The notes under the pieces: generated by a model
Databases searched by the model: none
The model's input: the letters and a program-made list of their open reading frames with translations, nothing else
Told to the model about the DNA's origin: nothing
Shown here: positions 41,232 through 51,312 of the stretch, in pieces
How the letters are laid out: the number at the start of each line of letters is the position of its first letter
Position numbering within the stretch: position 1 is the first letter of the stretch
Assembly: GCA_039973685.1 (NCBI GenBank)
Contig: JBDWKL010000037.1
Location: forward strand, 11,942 to 75,941
Direction: 5' to 3'
Length of the DNA: 64,000 nt
Source of the DNA: Hyphomicrobiales bacterium
GTDB lineage: Bacteria > Pseudomonadota > Alphaproteobacteria > Rhizobiales > JACESI01
Program-made: the position numbers and the translations under genes

Positions 41232-41254
41232 AATTAAAAACAGTCGATTGAAAA

Positions 41255-41491
41255 TTAAGCAGTTGCTGATGTCAAAAACTTAACCGCATCACCAACTGTT
41301 TGGATGGTTTCAGCTGCATCGTCTGGAATTTCAACGCCAAACTCTTCTTCAAAAGCCATAACCAGCTCAACCGTGTCCAAGCTGTCTGCACCGAGGTCAT
41401 CGATAAAGCTTGCATCAAGCACAACTTTTTCAGCTTCTACGCCGAGATGTTCAACAACGATTTTAGACACGCGATCTGCAATTTCACTCAT
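41255..41491 (-). CDS. acpP: Acyl carrier protein
   Basis: [14 protein letters not shown] phosphopantetheine attachment site. Confidence 0.99.
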   Translation of the reverse strand: MSEIADRVSKIVVEHLGVEAEKVVLDASFIDDLGADSLDTVELVMAFEEEFGVEIPDDAAETIQTVGDAVKFLTSATA

Positions 41492-41699
41492 TTTGTCGTT
41501 CCTAATTTTAGGCCAAATGTAAATTCGTCAATTCCTCTATGGAGCTGGCCGTAAGCCGCTTTTGTCAAAAAAAGCATGCATCTTTAGAGGATGTTCGAGA
41601 GGCGTTTGCCACAGACTTGCCCAATACGCAAGTGTAAAGCATCGAAGAAGTGGGCTTTTGTGAGTAAGTCACCAATAAGTTTACTTACCCACAAAGACC

Positions 41700-42452
41700 T
41701 TAGATCATTGCCATGCCACCATTTACGTGGATGGTTTGCCCTGTAATGTAGGCTGCATCTTCGCTGGCAAGAAAAGCAACAGCACTTGCAATTTCGTTAG
41801 CTTGTCCAAGGCGTCCAGCAGGAACGTTGGTCAAAATTGCTTCTTTTTGCTTGTCATCAAGAGCGTCAGTCATCGCCGTCTCAATAAAGCCCGGTGCGAC
41901 ACAATTCACAGTGATATTGCGGCTTGCCACTTCATAGGCGAGAGATTTTGACATCCCAATGATGCCCGCTTTCGTGGCAGCATAATTGCCCTGCCCGGGA
42001 TTACCTGTAACACCAACAACAGAAGTAATTTGGATGATCCGCCCCTGACGCGCCTTCATCATGCCGCGAAGAACAGCCTTTGAAAGTTTAAAAGCTGCGG
42101 TCAAATTGACATTCACTACATCGTCCCACTCATCTTGCTTCATACGCATGAAAAGATTGTCGCGTGTAATGCCTGCATTGTTGACGAGAATGTCGACACT
42201 GCCCATTTTTTCGATTGCTGCTGGAACAAGGCCATCAAGCGCTTCATCATCTGACAAGTTGCAGACGATTGGATGAGCGCGATCACCAAGGCTTGCAGCG
42301 ACTTCATCGAGCACGGCTTCGCGTGTACCTGTCAAACCGACTGTTGCGCCAGCTGCATAGAGCTTTTCAGCAATTGCGCGGCCAATACCACCTGATGCAC
42401 CCGTTACAAGCGCTGTTTTTCCTGTCAAATCCATCTTCACTTTGTCCTTCAT
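41700..42452 (-). CDS. fabG: 3-oxoacyl-ACP reductase
   Basis: TGASGGIG, NNAGITRD and NYAATK motifs; lies between fabD and acpP. Alternative start at 42434. Confidence 0.96.
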   Translation of the reverse strand: MKDKVKMDLTGKTALVTGASGGIGRAIAEKLYAAGATVGLTGTREAVLDEVAASLGDRAHPIVCNLSDDEALDGLVPAAIEKMGSVDILVNNAGITRDNLFMRMKQDEWDDVVNVNLTAAFKLSKAVLRGMMKARQGRIIQITSVVGVTGNPGQGNYAATKAGIIGMSKSLAYEVASRNITVNCVAPGFIETAMTDALDDKQKEAILTNVPAGRLGQANEIASAVAFLASEDAAYITGQTIHVNGGMAMI

Positions 42453-42489
42453 CTGGAATTATTTTTGATGTCGCCGCTTTTGTTTTATC

Positions 42490-43431
42490 TTAAGACCAAA
42501 GAGCTTTTGCGCCATCCATATCATCTGGCTGTCCAAAATTGGCGGCTTGTAGGCTTCGATCCATACGTTTGATCAAACCCGTCAAAACCTTACCGGCTCC
42601 CACTTCCAATTGGTGTGTCACGCCATTATCGAGCATCCACTGCATGCTTTCACGCCAGCGGACAGAACCTGGAACTTGTTCAATCAAACGCGTTCGAATG
42701 TCAGCGGGGTCACTAATTGGACCGGCCACAACATTTGCAATGAGGGGTACGACAGGCGCGTTAATTTGAGTCGATGCTAAAGCCTCTGCCATAACTTCGG
42801 CGGCTGGCGCCATTAAACGACAATGGAACGGAGCAGACACAGGAAGCAACATGGCGCGCTTTGCGCCTTTTGATTTTGCAATATCGATGGCGCGCTCAAC
42901 AGCGTTTTTCTCACCGGACACAACAGTTTGCGCTGCTGCATTATCATTTGCCACTTCGCAAACAGCCCCTTGGGAGGCAAGATCTGCAATTTCACTAACC
43001 GCGTCAAGATCAAGTCCAAGCACAACGGCCATCGCGCCCTCGCCCACAGGGACGGCTTCTTGCATGGCTTTGCCGCGTGTGCGCAAAAGCCGCGCTGCAT
43101 CACCAATTGATAAGCTGCCAGCTGCTGCAAGTGCTGAATATTCACCGAGCGAATGCCCTGCAACATGGCTAACATGATCCTCAATCGACAAACCTTCCGC
43201 TTCCAGCGCACGGATGGCGGCAAGACTAACAGCCATGAGTGCAGGCTGTGTGTTTTGTGTGAGGGTTAGTTCTTCAGGCGTTCCTTCCCAGATGAGAGAA
43301 GAAAGGCTTTCGCCGAGCGCTTCGTCCACTTCATCAAAAACAGCTTTTGCTTCTGGATATGCGTCAGCAAGGGATTTGCCCATACCAATTGCTTGGCTGC
43401 CTTGGCCTGGAAATGTAAGTGATAGTGTCAT
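42490..43431 (-). CDS. fabD: Malonyl CoA-ACP transacylase
   Basis: FPGQGSQ, GHSLGEY and VSAPFH motifs. Confidence 0.97.
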   Translation of the reverse strand: MTLSLTFPGQGSQAIGMGKSLADAYPEAKAVFDEVDEALGESLSSLIWEGTPEELTLTQNTQPALMAVSLAAIRALEAEGLSIEDHVSHVAGHSLGEYSALAAAGSLSIGDAARLLRTRGKAMQEAVPVGEGAMAVVLGLDLDAVSEIADLASQGAVCEVANDNAAAQTVVSGEKNAVERAIDIAKSKGAKRAMLLPVSAPFHCRLMAPAAEVMAEALASTQINAPVVPLIANVVAGPISDPADIRTRLIEQVPGSVRWRESMQWMLDNGVTHQLEVGAGKVLTGLIKRMDRSLQAANFGQPDDMDGAKALWS

Positions 43432-43626
43432 GTTTTGCCTCATAATTTCGAACGCGATAGGTGGCGAATACGCGTCTAATTGTCAAGCCGCAGCAACGTT
43501 ACCTTGCTTCATGCCCACTCCATTCTACGTCAAACCAGCATATTGATGCAGTGTGTATAGATCAAATTATTCCCCTCAGGCTCGATAACCTCTTGCATTT
43601 CGCTGAAAAGGCGATAATACACACAC

Positions 43627-43839
43627 AACTCAGCCGTGGGCTGGGGGCTGAACGGAAGGCAATTGGGTTCTTAGATACTCAAATGCAGGTTAGGACAACC
43701 AAGCCGACTTCCCGTGTCTCCGCTCTCCACTGGTGCTTATTCTGCCTTTCAATGGTCCAGCAAAATCTGGATTTAGAGACAGGTGTTGATGAGGCTTCGC
43801 GCTTGCGGCCAGAGTGACATGAAACAAGAAAGGCAGAGA
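43627..43839 (+). promoter_or_regulatory. Structured 5' leader of rpsF-rpsR (probable S6:S18 autoregulatory element); 5' end inferred
   Basis: Promoter-like CTTGCA-N17-TAATAC at 43592-43620. TCTGCCTTTC (43741-43750) is the exact complement of the RBS region GAAAGGCAGA (43828-43837). Confidence 0.6.
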
Positions 43840-44268
43840 ATGGCTCTCTACGAACATATCTTTTTGGCACGCCAAGACGTGTCAGCTCAGCAAGTCGATC
43901 AGATGATCGAACAATTCAAAAGCTTGCTTGAAGAAAACGGCGGCTCAGTTGCTAAAACTGAAAACTGGGGTTTGAAATCACTTTCATACCGCATCCGCAA
44001 AAACCGCAAGGCGCATTACGCTCTTATGAACATCGACGCACCAAGTGCAGCTGTTCAAGAGATGGAACGCCAAATGCGCATCAACGAAGACATTCTTCGT
44101 TTCCAAACTGTGCGCGTTGAAGAACACGAAGAAGGTCCATCTGTTATGCTTCAAAAGCGTGACCGTGACGACCGTCCACCACGCGGTGGTCCACGCGGTG
44201 ATCGTAATGATCGCGGCGGAGATCGCGGTGAACGCGGTGGCGATCGCCCACCACGTGAAGAAAGCTAA
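43840..44268 (+). CDS. rpsF: 30S ribosomal protein S6
   Basis: [13 protein letters not shown] and [12 protein letters not shown]; start at ATG 43840 after GAAAGG. Confidence 0.98.
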   Translation: MALYEHIFLARQDVSAQQVDQMIEQFKSLLEENGGSVAKTENWGLKSLSYRIRKNRKAHYALMNIDAPSAAVQEMERQMRINEDILRFQTVRVEEHEEGPSVMLQKRDRDDRPPRGGPRGDRNDRGGDRGERGGDRPPREES

Positions 44269-44280
44269 GGAGAGAGAATT

Positions 44281-44529
44281 ATGGTTGAAATCGCACAACA
44301 AGCATCCCGTCGTCCTTTCTTCCGTCGTCGCAAGACCTGCCCATTTACAGGTCCAAACGCGCCGAAGATTGATTACAAAGATACACGCCTTCTACAGCGT
44401 TACATCTCAGAACGTGGCAAGATTGTACCAAGCCGCATCACCGCTGTTTCTATCAAGAAACAACGTGAGCTTGCTAAAGCAATCAAACGCGCACGCTTCC
44501 TTGGCTTCTTGCCATACGTTATCCGCTAG
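44281..44529 (+). CDS. rpsR: 30S ribosomal protein S18
   Basis: [17 protein letters not shown] and [12 protein letters not shown] motifs. Confidence 0.99.
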   Translation: MVEIAQQASRRPFFRRRKTCPFTGPNAPKIDYKDTRLLQRYISERGKIVPSRITAVSIKKQRELAKAIKRARFLGFLPYVIR

Positions 44530-44663
44530 TTTTTAGCGAACAACACGACATTCGGCTGGCGCCGCACTCAAATCGCGGCGCTGCCAACCTTAAAAATGAA
44601 ATCTTGCTGGATCAGGCGATCACGAATTGACCTCATCCTAACCGTCACTCGGGACAGCACCTT

Positions 44664-45593
44664 ATGAATGCCCAAACCATCATTATAGCCTTGATTGCCG
44701 GCGCGACATCGTTCGTGTTGATGACGGCTGGGCTTGTGGGTGGGCTTGGTGGCTTTCCGCTTTTGGCTCTCTCCCCGCTCCCTATTGTTATTGCAAGCCT
44801 TGGATGGGGAACACGTGCCGGCGGCATTGCAGCGGTAACTGGTGTTATTTGCGTCCTTTTCCTCGCGCATCTAAATTCTGCCCTAGTATACCTTGCAGGC
44901 ATCGGCTTTCCGGCCGCTTACTTGTGCCACCTAATCGGTTTATCTCGCCAAGATGACCCAGACCACGAAGAAGAATGGTTCCCTGTTGGTGACATCATGC
45001 TTCGCAGCATTATTGTTGGTGGATTGGTTTTTGGCTTAGGCTTCATCATCTCAAAGTTCGACATTGACGAATTCACCACTGCAGCACTCAGCGCCTTTGA
45101 ACCGACCATTCAACAATTGGAAGCAGGCACACAGCAGACCTTTAGGGATGCCCTCACCTTCCAAATTCGCATGTTGCCCTATTTCGTGCCTGCAACGTGG
45201 CTTTTGATGATCTGGGTCAACATTTGGCTCGGCGTGAAAGTTGCAAAACTCTCAAACCGCATGAACCGTCCAAAATTTGCGCTAAGCGATGCAGAAACAC
45301 CTTTCATCTCAGCGCTCATTTTAGGTGTCGCTGTTGTGGTCAGTTTTGCAGCGCCGCCACTCTCTTATCTTGGCGCCGCCTTTGTGGGAGCTTCGGGCAT
45401 GGCGCTTGTCATTATGGGCTGCGTTACCCTCCATGTCGTAACGCACAACAACAAGTTTCGTGGCATCATGCTGAGCTTGCTCTACGCATCAATGCTGTTT
45501 TTCGGATTCCCAATCTTCATCATGGCAGGCCTCGGCCTTGCTGATCTTTTCCTCAAAATTCGTCAGCGCTTCTTGCTGACTAATCCACTTTAA
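44664..45593 (+). CDS. DUF2232/YybS-like membrane protein
   Basis: Polytopic membrane protein in the conserved slot between rpsR and rplI. Confidence 0.75.
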   Translation: MNAQTIIIALIAGATSFVLMTAGLVGGLGGFPLLALSPLPIVIASLGWGTRAGGIAAVTGVICVLFLAHLNSALVYLAGIGFPAAYLCHLIGLSRQDDPDHEEEWFPVGDIMLRSIIVGGLVFGLGFIISKFDIDEFTTAALSAFEPTIQQLEAGTQQTFRDALTFQIRMLPYFVPATWLLMIWVNIWLGVKVAKLSNRMNRPKFALSDAETPFISALILGVAVVVSFAAPPLSYLGAAFVGASGMALVIMGCVTLHVVTHNNKFRGIMLSLLYASMLFFGFPIFIMAGLGLADLFLKIRQRFLLTNPL

Positions 45594-45612
45594 GAAAACC
45601 AGGAGACTACCA

Positions 45613-46233
45613 ATGGAAATTATTCTTCTCGAACGCGTCGCAAAACTCGGCCAAATGGGCGAAATCGTCCGTGTTAAAGACGGCTTTGCACGTAACTACC
45701 TTTTGCCAAAAGGCAAAGCCCTTCGTGCAACAGATGCAAACAGAGCAAAGTTTGAAGATCAGCGCGTTGAACTAGAAGCACGTAACCTTGAGCGTAAATC
45801 TGAAGCTGAAGCAGCTGGCAAGAAGCTTGACGGCTACACATTCGAAGTTATCCGCTCTGCTGGTGAAACTGGTCAGCTTTACGGATCAGTATCAGCCCGT
45901 GATATCGCAGACGCATTGATCGAAGGCGGCTTCCAAGTTGCTCGTTCACAAGTTGCTCTTGAGCAGCCAATCAAAACAATCGGCATGGCTTCCGTAACAC
46001 TTTCTCTTCATGCAGAAGTTGACGTGACTGTTGTTGCAAACATCGCCCGCTCACCTGATGAAGCAGCACGCCAAGCATCTGGTGAAGATCTTTCACAACG
46101 TGAAGAGATCGAACTTGACCTTGAAGTGTTTGATGGCGACATGGACAGCTTCTTTGATGAAGAAGCTGATGCGCCTGAAGGTGACGAAGGTGAAGACGCT
46201 GGCGAAGAAGCAGCCGCTTCTGACGAAGACTAA
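45613..46233 (+). CDS. rplI: 50S ribosomal protein L9
   Basis: [16 protein letters not shown] and GQLYGSVS motifs; acidic C-terminal tail. Confidence 0.98.
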   Translation: MEIILLERVAKLGQMGEIVRVKDGFARNYLLPKGKALRATDANRAKFEDQRVELEARNLERKSEAEAAGKKLDGYTFEVIRSAGETGQLYGSVSARDIADALIEGGFQVARSQVALEQPIKTIGMASVTLSLHAEVDVTVVANIARSPDEAARQASGEDLSQREEIELDLEVFDGDMDSFFDEEADAPEGDEGEDAGEEAAASDED

Positions 46234-46274
46234 GCTTTACACTTAGCCGCCCATAAAGCGGTAAACGACAAATT

Positions 46275-46313
46275 GACGCCTCGGACAGATTGATTTTTGC
46301 CGAGGCGTTTTTT
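46275..46313 (+). terminator. Intrinsic terminator after rplI
   Basis: GACGCCTCGG...CCGAGGCGTT followed by TTTT. Confidence 0.8.
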
Positions 46314-46510
46314 GTGGGATTTTTTTCGTTTGGTCATTCGTCAAGAGGCAATCCTGCAACCCTAACGTGTTTTTGAATTACCCACATGGTATTGTGGAAA
46401 AAGGAACGATTCTCTTTGGAAAAAAAATATATATTTTTTTTCGCCGTTACCCCTCTTTTTAGAACAGTAAAGGTCCGCTAAGACAGGCTTCTGTTTGAAA
46501 GGATTGAAGT

Positions 46511-48007
46511 ATGGAAGTGGTGCCTGATTTTGCCCCGGCAAATGACATAAGCGAACCGATGAACTATCGCAGTGCGCCGGCCAATATTGAGGTTGAGCAA
46601 GCGCTTTTGGGTGCTATCTTGATCAACAATAACGCTTTTGATCGGGTCTCTGACTTCTTGCTTCCTGAACATTTCTACGAACCAATCCACCGGATGATCT
46701 TTGAAGAAGCGTCGTCCTTGATTCGGGCTGACCGCGTAGTTAACCCAATGACTATTAAGACGTATCTTCCAGCCGATGAAATGGTTGGTGAGATCACGCT
46801 AACCCAGTATTTGGCACGCCTCGCCGCTGAAGCGACAACCATTATCAATGCGGTTGATTATGGCCGTGCGATCCAAGATCTTGCGATTAGACGCTCGTTG
46901 ATTTCGGTTGGCGAAGATGTCGTGAATGTTGCTTATGATGCGCCATCGGAAAAATCACCGCGTGAGCAAATCGAAGACGCAGAGCGTGAGTTGTTTGCGC
47001 TAGCTGAAACAGGCAACGAATCGCGCGGCTTTGTGAATTTCCAATCGGCCCTTACTCAGTCTGTCGAAATGGCCGCTGCTGCCTTCCAACGTGAAGGGCA
47101 ATTGTCTGGCTGTTCAACAGGCTTGACCGATCTTGATCGCCGCATGGGTGGCTTGCAGTCTTCTGACTTGATCATTCTTGCAGCGCGTCCTGGTATGGGT
47201 AAAACGTCGCTCGCAACCAACATCGCCTACAATGTTGCACAGGCCTATGAGCCAGAGGTTCAACCGGATGGTTCTGTGAAACCAAAAAATGGCGGCATTG
47301 TCGGCTTCTTCTCGCTCGAGATGTCCGCAGAGCAGCTCGCCACTCGTGTGATTTCAGAGCAGGCTGAGGTTTCATCGTCCAAAATTCGTCGTGGTGAAAT
47401 TTCTCCCGCAGAATATGACAAGCTGGTCAATGCCATGCAGGTGATGCAGACCAAACCACTTTTCATTGACCAAACAGGTGGTATCTCCATCGCCCAGCTT
47501 TCAACCCGTGCGCGACGCTTAAAACGTCAGCATGGTCTGGACGTTCTCATCGTCGACTATGTGCAGTTGATGGTTGGTAGTTCTAAGAATGCGGGTAATC
47601 GTGTTCAAGAGATCACAGAAATCACCACGGGCCTCAAGGCGCTTGCGAAAGAATTGCAAGTTCCCATCATTGCGCTCTCCCAGCTTTCCCGTGCGGTTGA
47701 AAGCCGAGACGACAAACACCCTCAGCTCTCTGATCTTCGCGAATCTGGTTCTATCGAACAAGATGCGGATGTGGTGCTGTTTATCTATCGTGAGGAGTAT
47801 TACCTCAAGAATAGTGAACCGCCGCAGGATGACCCTGCTTATGCGGATTGGTATACGAAGATGGAAAAAATGCGCGGCATTGCTGAAGTTGTGGTTGCCA
47901 AGCAGAGACACGGTCCGACAGGTACTGTGCCGCTCTCCTTTACAGGCGAATTCACCCGCTTCTCCGATCTTGCTGATCCATCCCGTATGCCAACAAACTT
48001 TGATTAA
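46511..48007 (+). CDS. dnaB: Replicative DNA helicase
   Basis: ARPGMGKT, FSLEM, VDYVQL, LSQLSR, DLRESGSIEQDAD and KQRHG motifs; no intein. Confidence 0.98.
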   Translation: MEVVPDFAPANDISEPMNYRSAPANIEVEQALLGAILINNNAFDRVSDFLLPEHFYEPIHRMIFEEASSLIRADRVVNPMTIKTYLPADEMVGEITLTQYLARLAAEATTIINAVDYGRAIQDLAIRRSLISVGEDVVNVAYDAPSEKSPREQIEDAERELFALAETGNESRGFVNFQSALTQSVEMAAAAFQREGQLSGCSTGLTDLDRRMGGLQSSDLIILAARPGMGKTSLATNIAYNVAQAYEPEVQPDGSVKPKNGGIVGFFSLEMSAEQLATRVISEQAEVSSSKIRRGEISPAEYDKLVNAMQVMQTKPLFIDQTGGISIAQLSTRARRLKRQHGLDVLIVDYVQLMVGSSKNAGNRVQEITEITTGLKALAKELQVPIIALSQLSRAVESRDDKHPQLSDLRESGSIEQDADVVLFIYREEYYLKNSEPPQDDPAYADWYTKMEKMRGIAEVVVAKQRHGPTGTVPLSFTGEFTRFSDLADPSRMPTNFD

Positions 48008-48043
48008 TAACGGCAACGGGCCGTTTTGGAATGATAACCGGCC

Positions 48044-49153
48044 ATGACGACAACAGATCATAACCTCATCTCTTCTGGCAGGCTGACCATTGATCTGGAG
48101 GCCTATGCCGACAATTGGCGGTTTTTGAATGAGAAAGCCGCTGGTGCCGAATGTGGCGCGATGGTGAAGGCGGATGCTTATGGCATTCAAATTGATAAAG
48201 CCGTTGGTGCGCTGGAGGCTGCGGGCTGCAAAACGTTTTTCGTCGCAACCCCTACTGAAGGCGCTGCTGTTCGCGCTCAATCAAAGACGGCGGCCATCTA
48301 TATTCTAAACGGCCTGATGGCGGGGGCTGCTGGTTTTTATCATCAGCATAATCTGCGGCCTGTCCTCAATACGATGGATGAAGTGAACGAATGGGTTGAT
48401 GAGCAAAAACCCGCCGCCCTGCATGTTGATACAGGCATGAACCGATTAGGGTTACGCGAAGAAGAAGCAAAAGAGCTTGCTCAAGATCAAGCGCTCGTCT
48501 CTAAACTCAATCTCACACTCATTATGACGCATCTAGCTTGCGGCGACACGCCACGCTCGTTGATGAATGGCTGCCAACTTTCAAGCTTCATTGATATTTG
48601 CAAGCTCTATCCCAATGTGCCGCGCTCGCTTTGTAATTCAGCTGGTATTTTCCATGGTGAGGCTTTTCATCTTGATATGGTGCGCCCCGGCATTGCGCTT
48701 TATGGCGGCGCTGGATTGACGGAACATGCAGCAAAAAACCCAATGAAACCTGTGGTGAAGGCTGAAGCCCGTATCTTGCAAATTCGCGATCTTTTGGAAC
48801 ATGAAAGCGTTGGCTATAGCGCTGCAGAAGTTGCAACAAGCGACCGCAAAATTGCGACAATAAGTGCAGGCTATGCTGATGGCTATCTGCGTCATTCTGG
48901 TTCGACCAGCAAAGAAAAAGGCGCGAGCGCTTATCTTCACGGGAAACGAGTGCCTCTTATGGGCCGCGTCTCGATGGATTTAATTGCCATCGACATTACC
49001 GATGTGCCAGAGGCCAAGCGCGGCGACTATGTGGAGCTCTTCGGGCCGAATGTTTCCGTGAGCGAAGTCGCAACCCACGCGCAATCTATTGACTATGAGC
49101 TTTTGACCGGCCTCGGCAAACGCTACACCCGCCACTATGGAACGCTGGACTAA
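48044..49153 (+). CDS. alr: Alanine racemase
   Basis: VKADAYG (PLP Lys), DTGMNRLG, VRPGIALYG, GYADG and GRVSMD motifs. Confidence 0.97.
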   Translation: MTTTDHNLISSGRLTIDLEAYADNWRFLNEKAAGAECGAMVKADAYGIQIDKAVGALEAAGCKTFFVATPTEGAAVRAQSKTAAIYILNGLMAGAAGFYHQHNLRPVLNTMDEVNEWVDEQKPAALHVDTGMNRLGLREEEAKELAQDQALVSKLNLTLIMTHLACGDTPRSLMNGCQLSSFIDICKLYPNVPRSLCNSAGIFHGEAFHLDMVRPGIALYGGAGLTEHAAKNPMKPVVKAEARILQIRDLLEHESVGYSAAEVATSDRKIATISAGYADGYLRHSGSTSKEKGASAYLHGKRVPLMGRVSMDLIAIDITDVPEAKRGDYVELFGPNVSVSEVATHAQSIDYELLTGLGKRYTRHYGTLD

Positions 49154-49157
49154 AGAC

Positions 49158-50552
49158 ATGGCAAAAATCAAATCTCGCTTTGTTTGCAATAATTGCGGCG
49201 CTGTTTCTTCCAGATGGCAGGGTAAGTGCGAAAGCTGCGAAGAATGGAACACGATTGAGGAAGACTTGGAAATCGCTGGCATTGGCGGCGGTCCGGGTAA
49301 GCCTATGCGCAAAGGGCGGGTTATTCCCCTCACCAGCCTTGATGGTGAACTGGATAATGCCCCGCGTATTCAAACAGGCCTATCAGAACTTGACCGCGTA
49401 ACAGGCGGTGGCTTTGTGCGCGGTTCTGCCCTCTTGCTTGGTGGTGATCCAGGTATCGGTAAATCGACTATTCTTTTGCAAGCAGCCAGTGCTCTTGCCA
49501 ATCAGGGCCACAAGGTCGTTTATATCTCGGGCGAGGAAGCAATTGATCAGGTTCGTCTTCGTGCGCAGCGCCTTGGTCTTGAAAAATCCAATGTACGTCT
49601 TGGTGCAGAAACCAGTGTTGAAGATATTCTGGCAACTTTGGAAAATGAAAAAGGTGCGGCCCTCGTCATCCTCGATTCCATCCAAACCCTTTGGACTGAT
49701 CAAGCAGATTCTGCCCCCGGTACAGTGACGCAAGTTCGCTCCTCCTCACAAGCCATGATCAAATACGCCAAACAATCAGGCGCAACGGTTGTGCTGGTTG
49801 GCCATGTGACCAAAGAAGGCCAAATTGCTGGCCCGCGGGTGGTGGAGCATATGGTGGATGCGGTTTTGTACTTTGAAGGCGAAGGCGCGCACCAGTTCCG
49901 CATTCTTCGTGGTGTCAAAAACCGCTTCGGCCCAACCGATGAGATCGGCGTCTTCGAGATGACAGGTGCTGGATTAAGCGAAGTATCCAATCCGTCTGAA
50001 ATGTTTTTGGGTGAACGTAACGCCTCCGCCCCCGGTGCTGCCGTCTTTGCTGGCATGGAAGGCTCTCGCCCCGTCTTGGTGGAAGTGCAAGCCTTGGTCA
50101 CACCATCGCAGCTTGGCACACCAAGACGCGCCATTGTCGGCTGGGATTCATCACGCCTTGCCATGGTGCTTGCCGTCCTTGATGCCCATTGCGGCGTCAA
50201 GCTTGGCTCGCACGATGTCTATTTGAACATTGCGGGCGGCCTGAAAATCAATGAACCGGCAGCAGACCTTGCCATCGCCGCCGCCCTCACCTCATCTCTT
50301 GCTGGCGTCGCGCTGCCAAAAGATGCGGTTTATTTCGGCGAAGTTAGCCTCTCAGGTGCTGTGCGCCCTGTGCCGCATGTCAGCTCACGATTGAAGGAAT
50401 CCGCGAAACTCGGCTTTTCACAAGCCATTTGCCCAACCATGAGTGGCAAAGGCGGAACCAAAGAAGTAGACCGAATAAACGAAATTGAAGACCTGTCTGG
50501 CTTGATCGCGCAGATATTGGCGTCAAAACCACGGGAAAAACGCGAAGATTAG
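49158..50552 (+). CDS. radA: DNA repair protein RadA/Sms
   Basis: C4 zinc finger, GDPGIGKST, KNRFG and a Lon-like C-terminal domain. Confidence 0.98.
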   Translation: MAKIKSRFVCNNCGAVSSRWQGKCESCEEWNTIEEDLEIAGIGGGPGKPMRKGRVIPLTSLDGELDNAPRIQTGLSELDRVTGGGFVRGSALLLGGDPGIGKSTILLQAASALANQGHKVVYISGEEAIDQVRLRAQRLGLEKSNVRLGAETSVEDILATLENEKGAALVILDSIQTLWTDQADSAPGTVTQVRSSSQAMIKYAKQSGATVVLVGHVTKEGQIAGPRVVEHMVDAVLYFEGEGAHQFRILRGVKNRFGPTDEIGVFEMTGAGLSEVSNPSEMFLGERNASAPGAAVFAGMEGSRPVLVEVQALVTPSQLGTPRRAIVGWDSSRLAMVLAVLDAHCGVKLGSHDVYLNIAGGLKINEPAADLAIAAALTSSLAGVALPKDAVYFGEVSLSGAVRPVPHVSSRLKESAKLGFSQAICPTMSGKGGTKEVDRINEIEDLSGLIAQILASKPREKRED

Positions 50553-50690
50553 AGCATTGTGCTGTGACAAACGCCAAAATTTAAGCTAATTCACCATATA
50601 GGGAAACGGACCTATCCAAAGGTGCCAAAGATTTGTAAAAGACCCTCAATGTAGAATTTACACAGGGTCTCATAGCGAGACAGAAATACG

Positions 50691-51302
50691 ATGAAATTTG
50701 CTATCCTTGATATTGCTGTTTTAGTAATTGTCTTTTTATCCGCTATTTTGGCGATGGTAAGAGGGTTCTCTCGCGAAGTTCTGTCTGTCGGATCATGGGC
50801 CGCGGCCGCTGGTGCAGCTCTTGCTGTAGCCCTTTGGAAGGAAAACCCTTTCGTACCATTCGTTCGCAATTACGTTGAAAACGATACCATCGCGATGATC
50901 GTAACAATTGCCATCGTATTTTTGGTGGTTTTGATTGTGGTGAGCATCATCACCATGAAGATTTCCGATTTCATCATCGATAGTTCAATTGGAGCGCTCG
51001 ACCGCACACTTGGCTTTATCTTCGGTGCTGCACGCGGTGTCTTGTTGTTTGTTGTGGCCGTTGGCATGTTCAACTGGTTAGTCCCGCAAGAACAACCGGA
51101 CTGGATCGCAAACGCGAAATCAAAACCGTTCTTGGACAATGCAGCAAACTCGCTCATTGAATTCTTGCCGACGGATATTGAAGAATTCGTTGAAAAAGGG
51201 AAAGAATTCATCCCTGGTAGCGGTGATGACACTGACGCCTCAAACAGCACTAAACCATCAGATGAAATCGGTCGTGAGATCGATAGTAACAACAGCAACT
51301 AA
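50691..51302 (+). CDS. cvpA: CvpA family membrane protein
   Basis: RGFSRE and DRTLGFIFGAARG motifs; lies between radA and purF. Confidence 0.93.
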   Translation: MKFAILDIAVLVIVFLSAILAMVRGFSREVLSVGSWAAAAGAALAVALWKENPFVPFVRNYVENDTIAMIVTIAIVFLVVLIVVSIITMKISDFIIDSSIGALDRTLGFIFGAARGVLLFVVAVGMFNWLVPQEQPDWIANAKSKPFLDNAANSLIEFLPTDIEEFVEKGKEFIPGSGDDTDASNSTKPSDEIGREIDSNNSN

Positions 51303-51312
51303 AGAGTTAGCC

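Noticed and set aside
43627..43839. 6S RNA or another independent ncRNA
   Set aside because: It has no terminator, runs directly into the rpsF RBS and pairs with it, so a cis-acting leader explains it better.
46462..46476. Alphaproteobacterial LexA box upstream of dnaB (GAAC-N7-GTCC); a similar GAAC-N7-GACC lies at 23088-23102
   Set aside because: Both are mismatched to an 8-base consensus and would be expected by chance in 64 kb.
47519..48280. 253-aa antisense ORF over dnaB/alr, and the many other 60-170 aa shadow ORFs
   Set aside because: They lie opposite or out of frame with well-conserved genes and show no motifs or protein-like composition.
50691..51302. Bacteriocin (colicin V) system
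   Set aside because: cvpA is a conserved housekeeping membrane gene in the radA-cvpA-purF block. No toxin, immunity or exporter genes are present.
51139..51312. N-terminal ORF-track extensions of purF, and likewise rluC (to 57127), rpoA (to 61846), ppx (to 4592) and rpsF (from 43783)
   Set aside because: These come from longest-ORF calling. They overlap neighbouring genes or leaders and precede the conserved N-termini.
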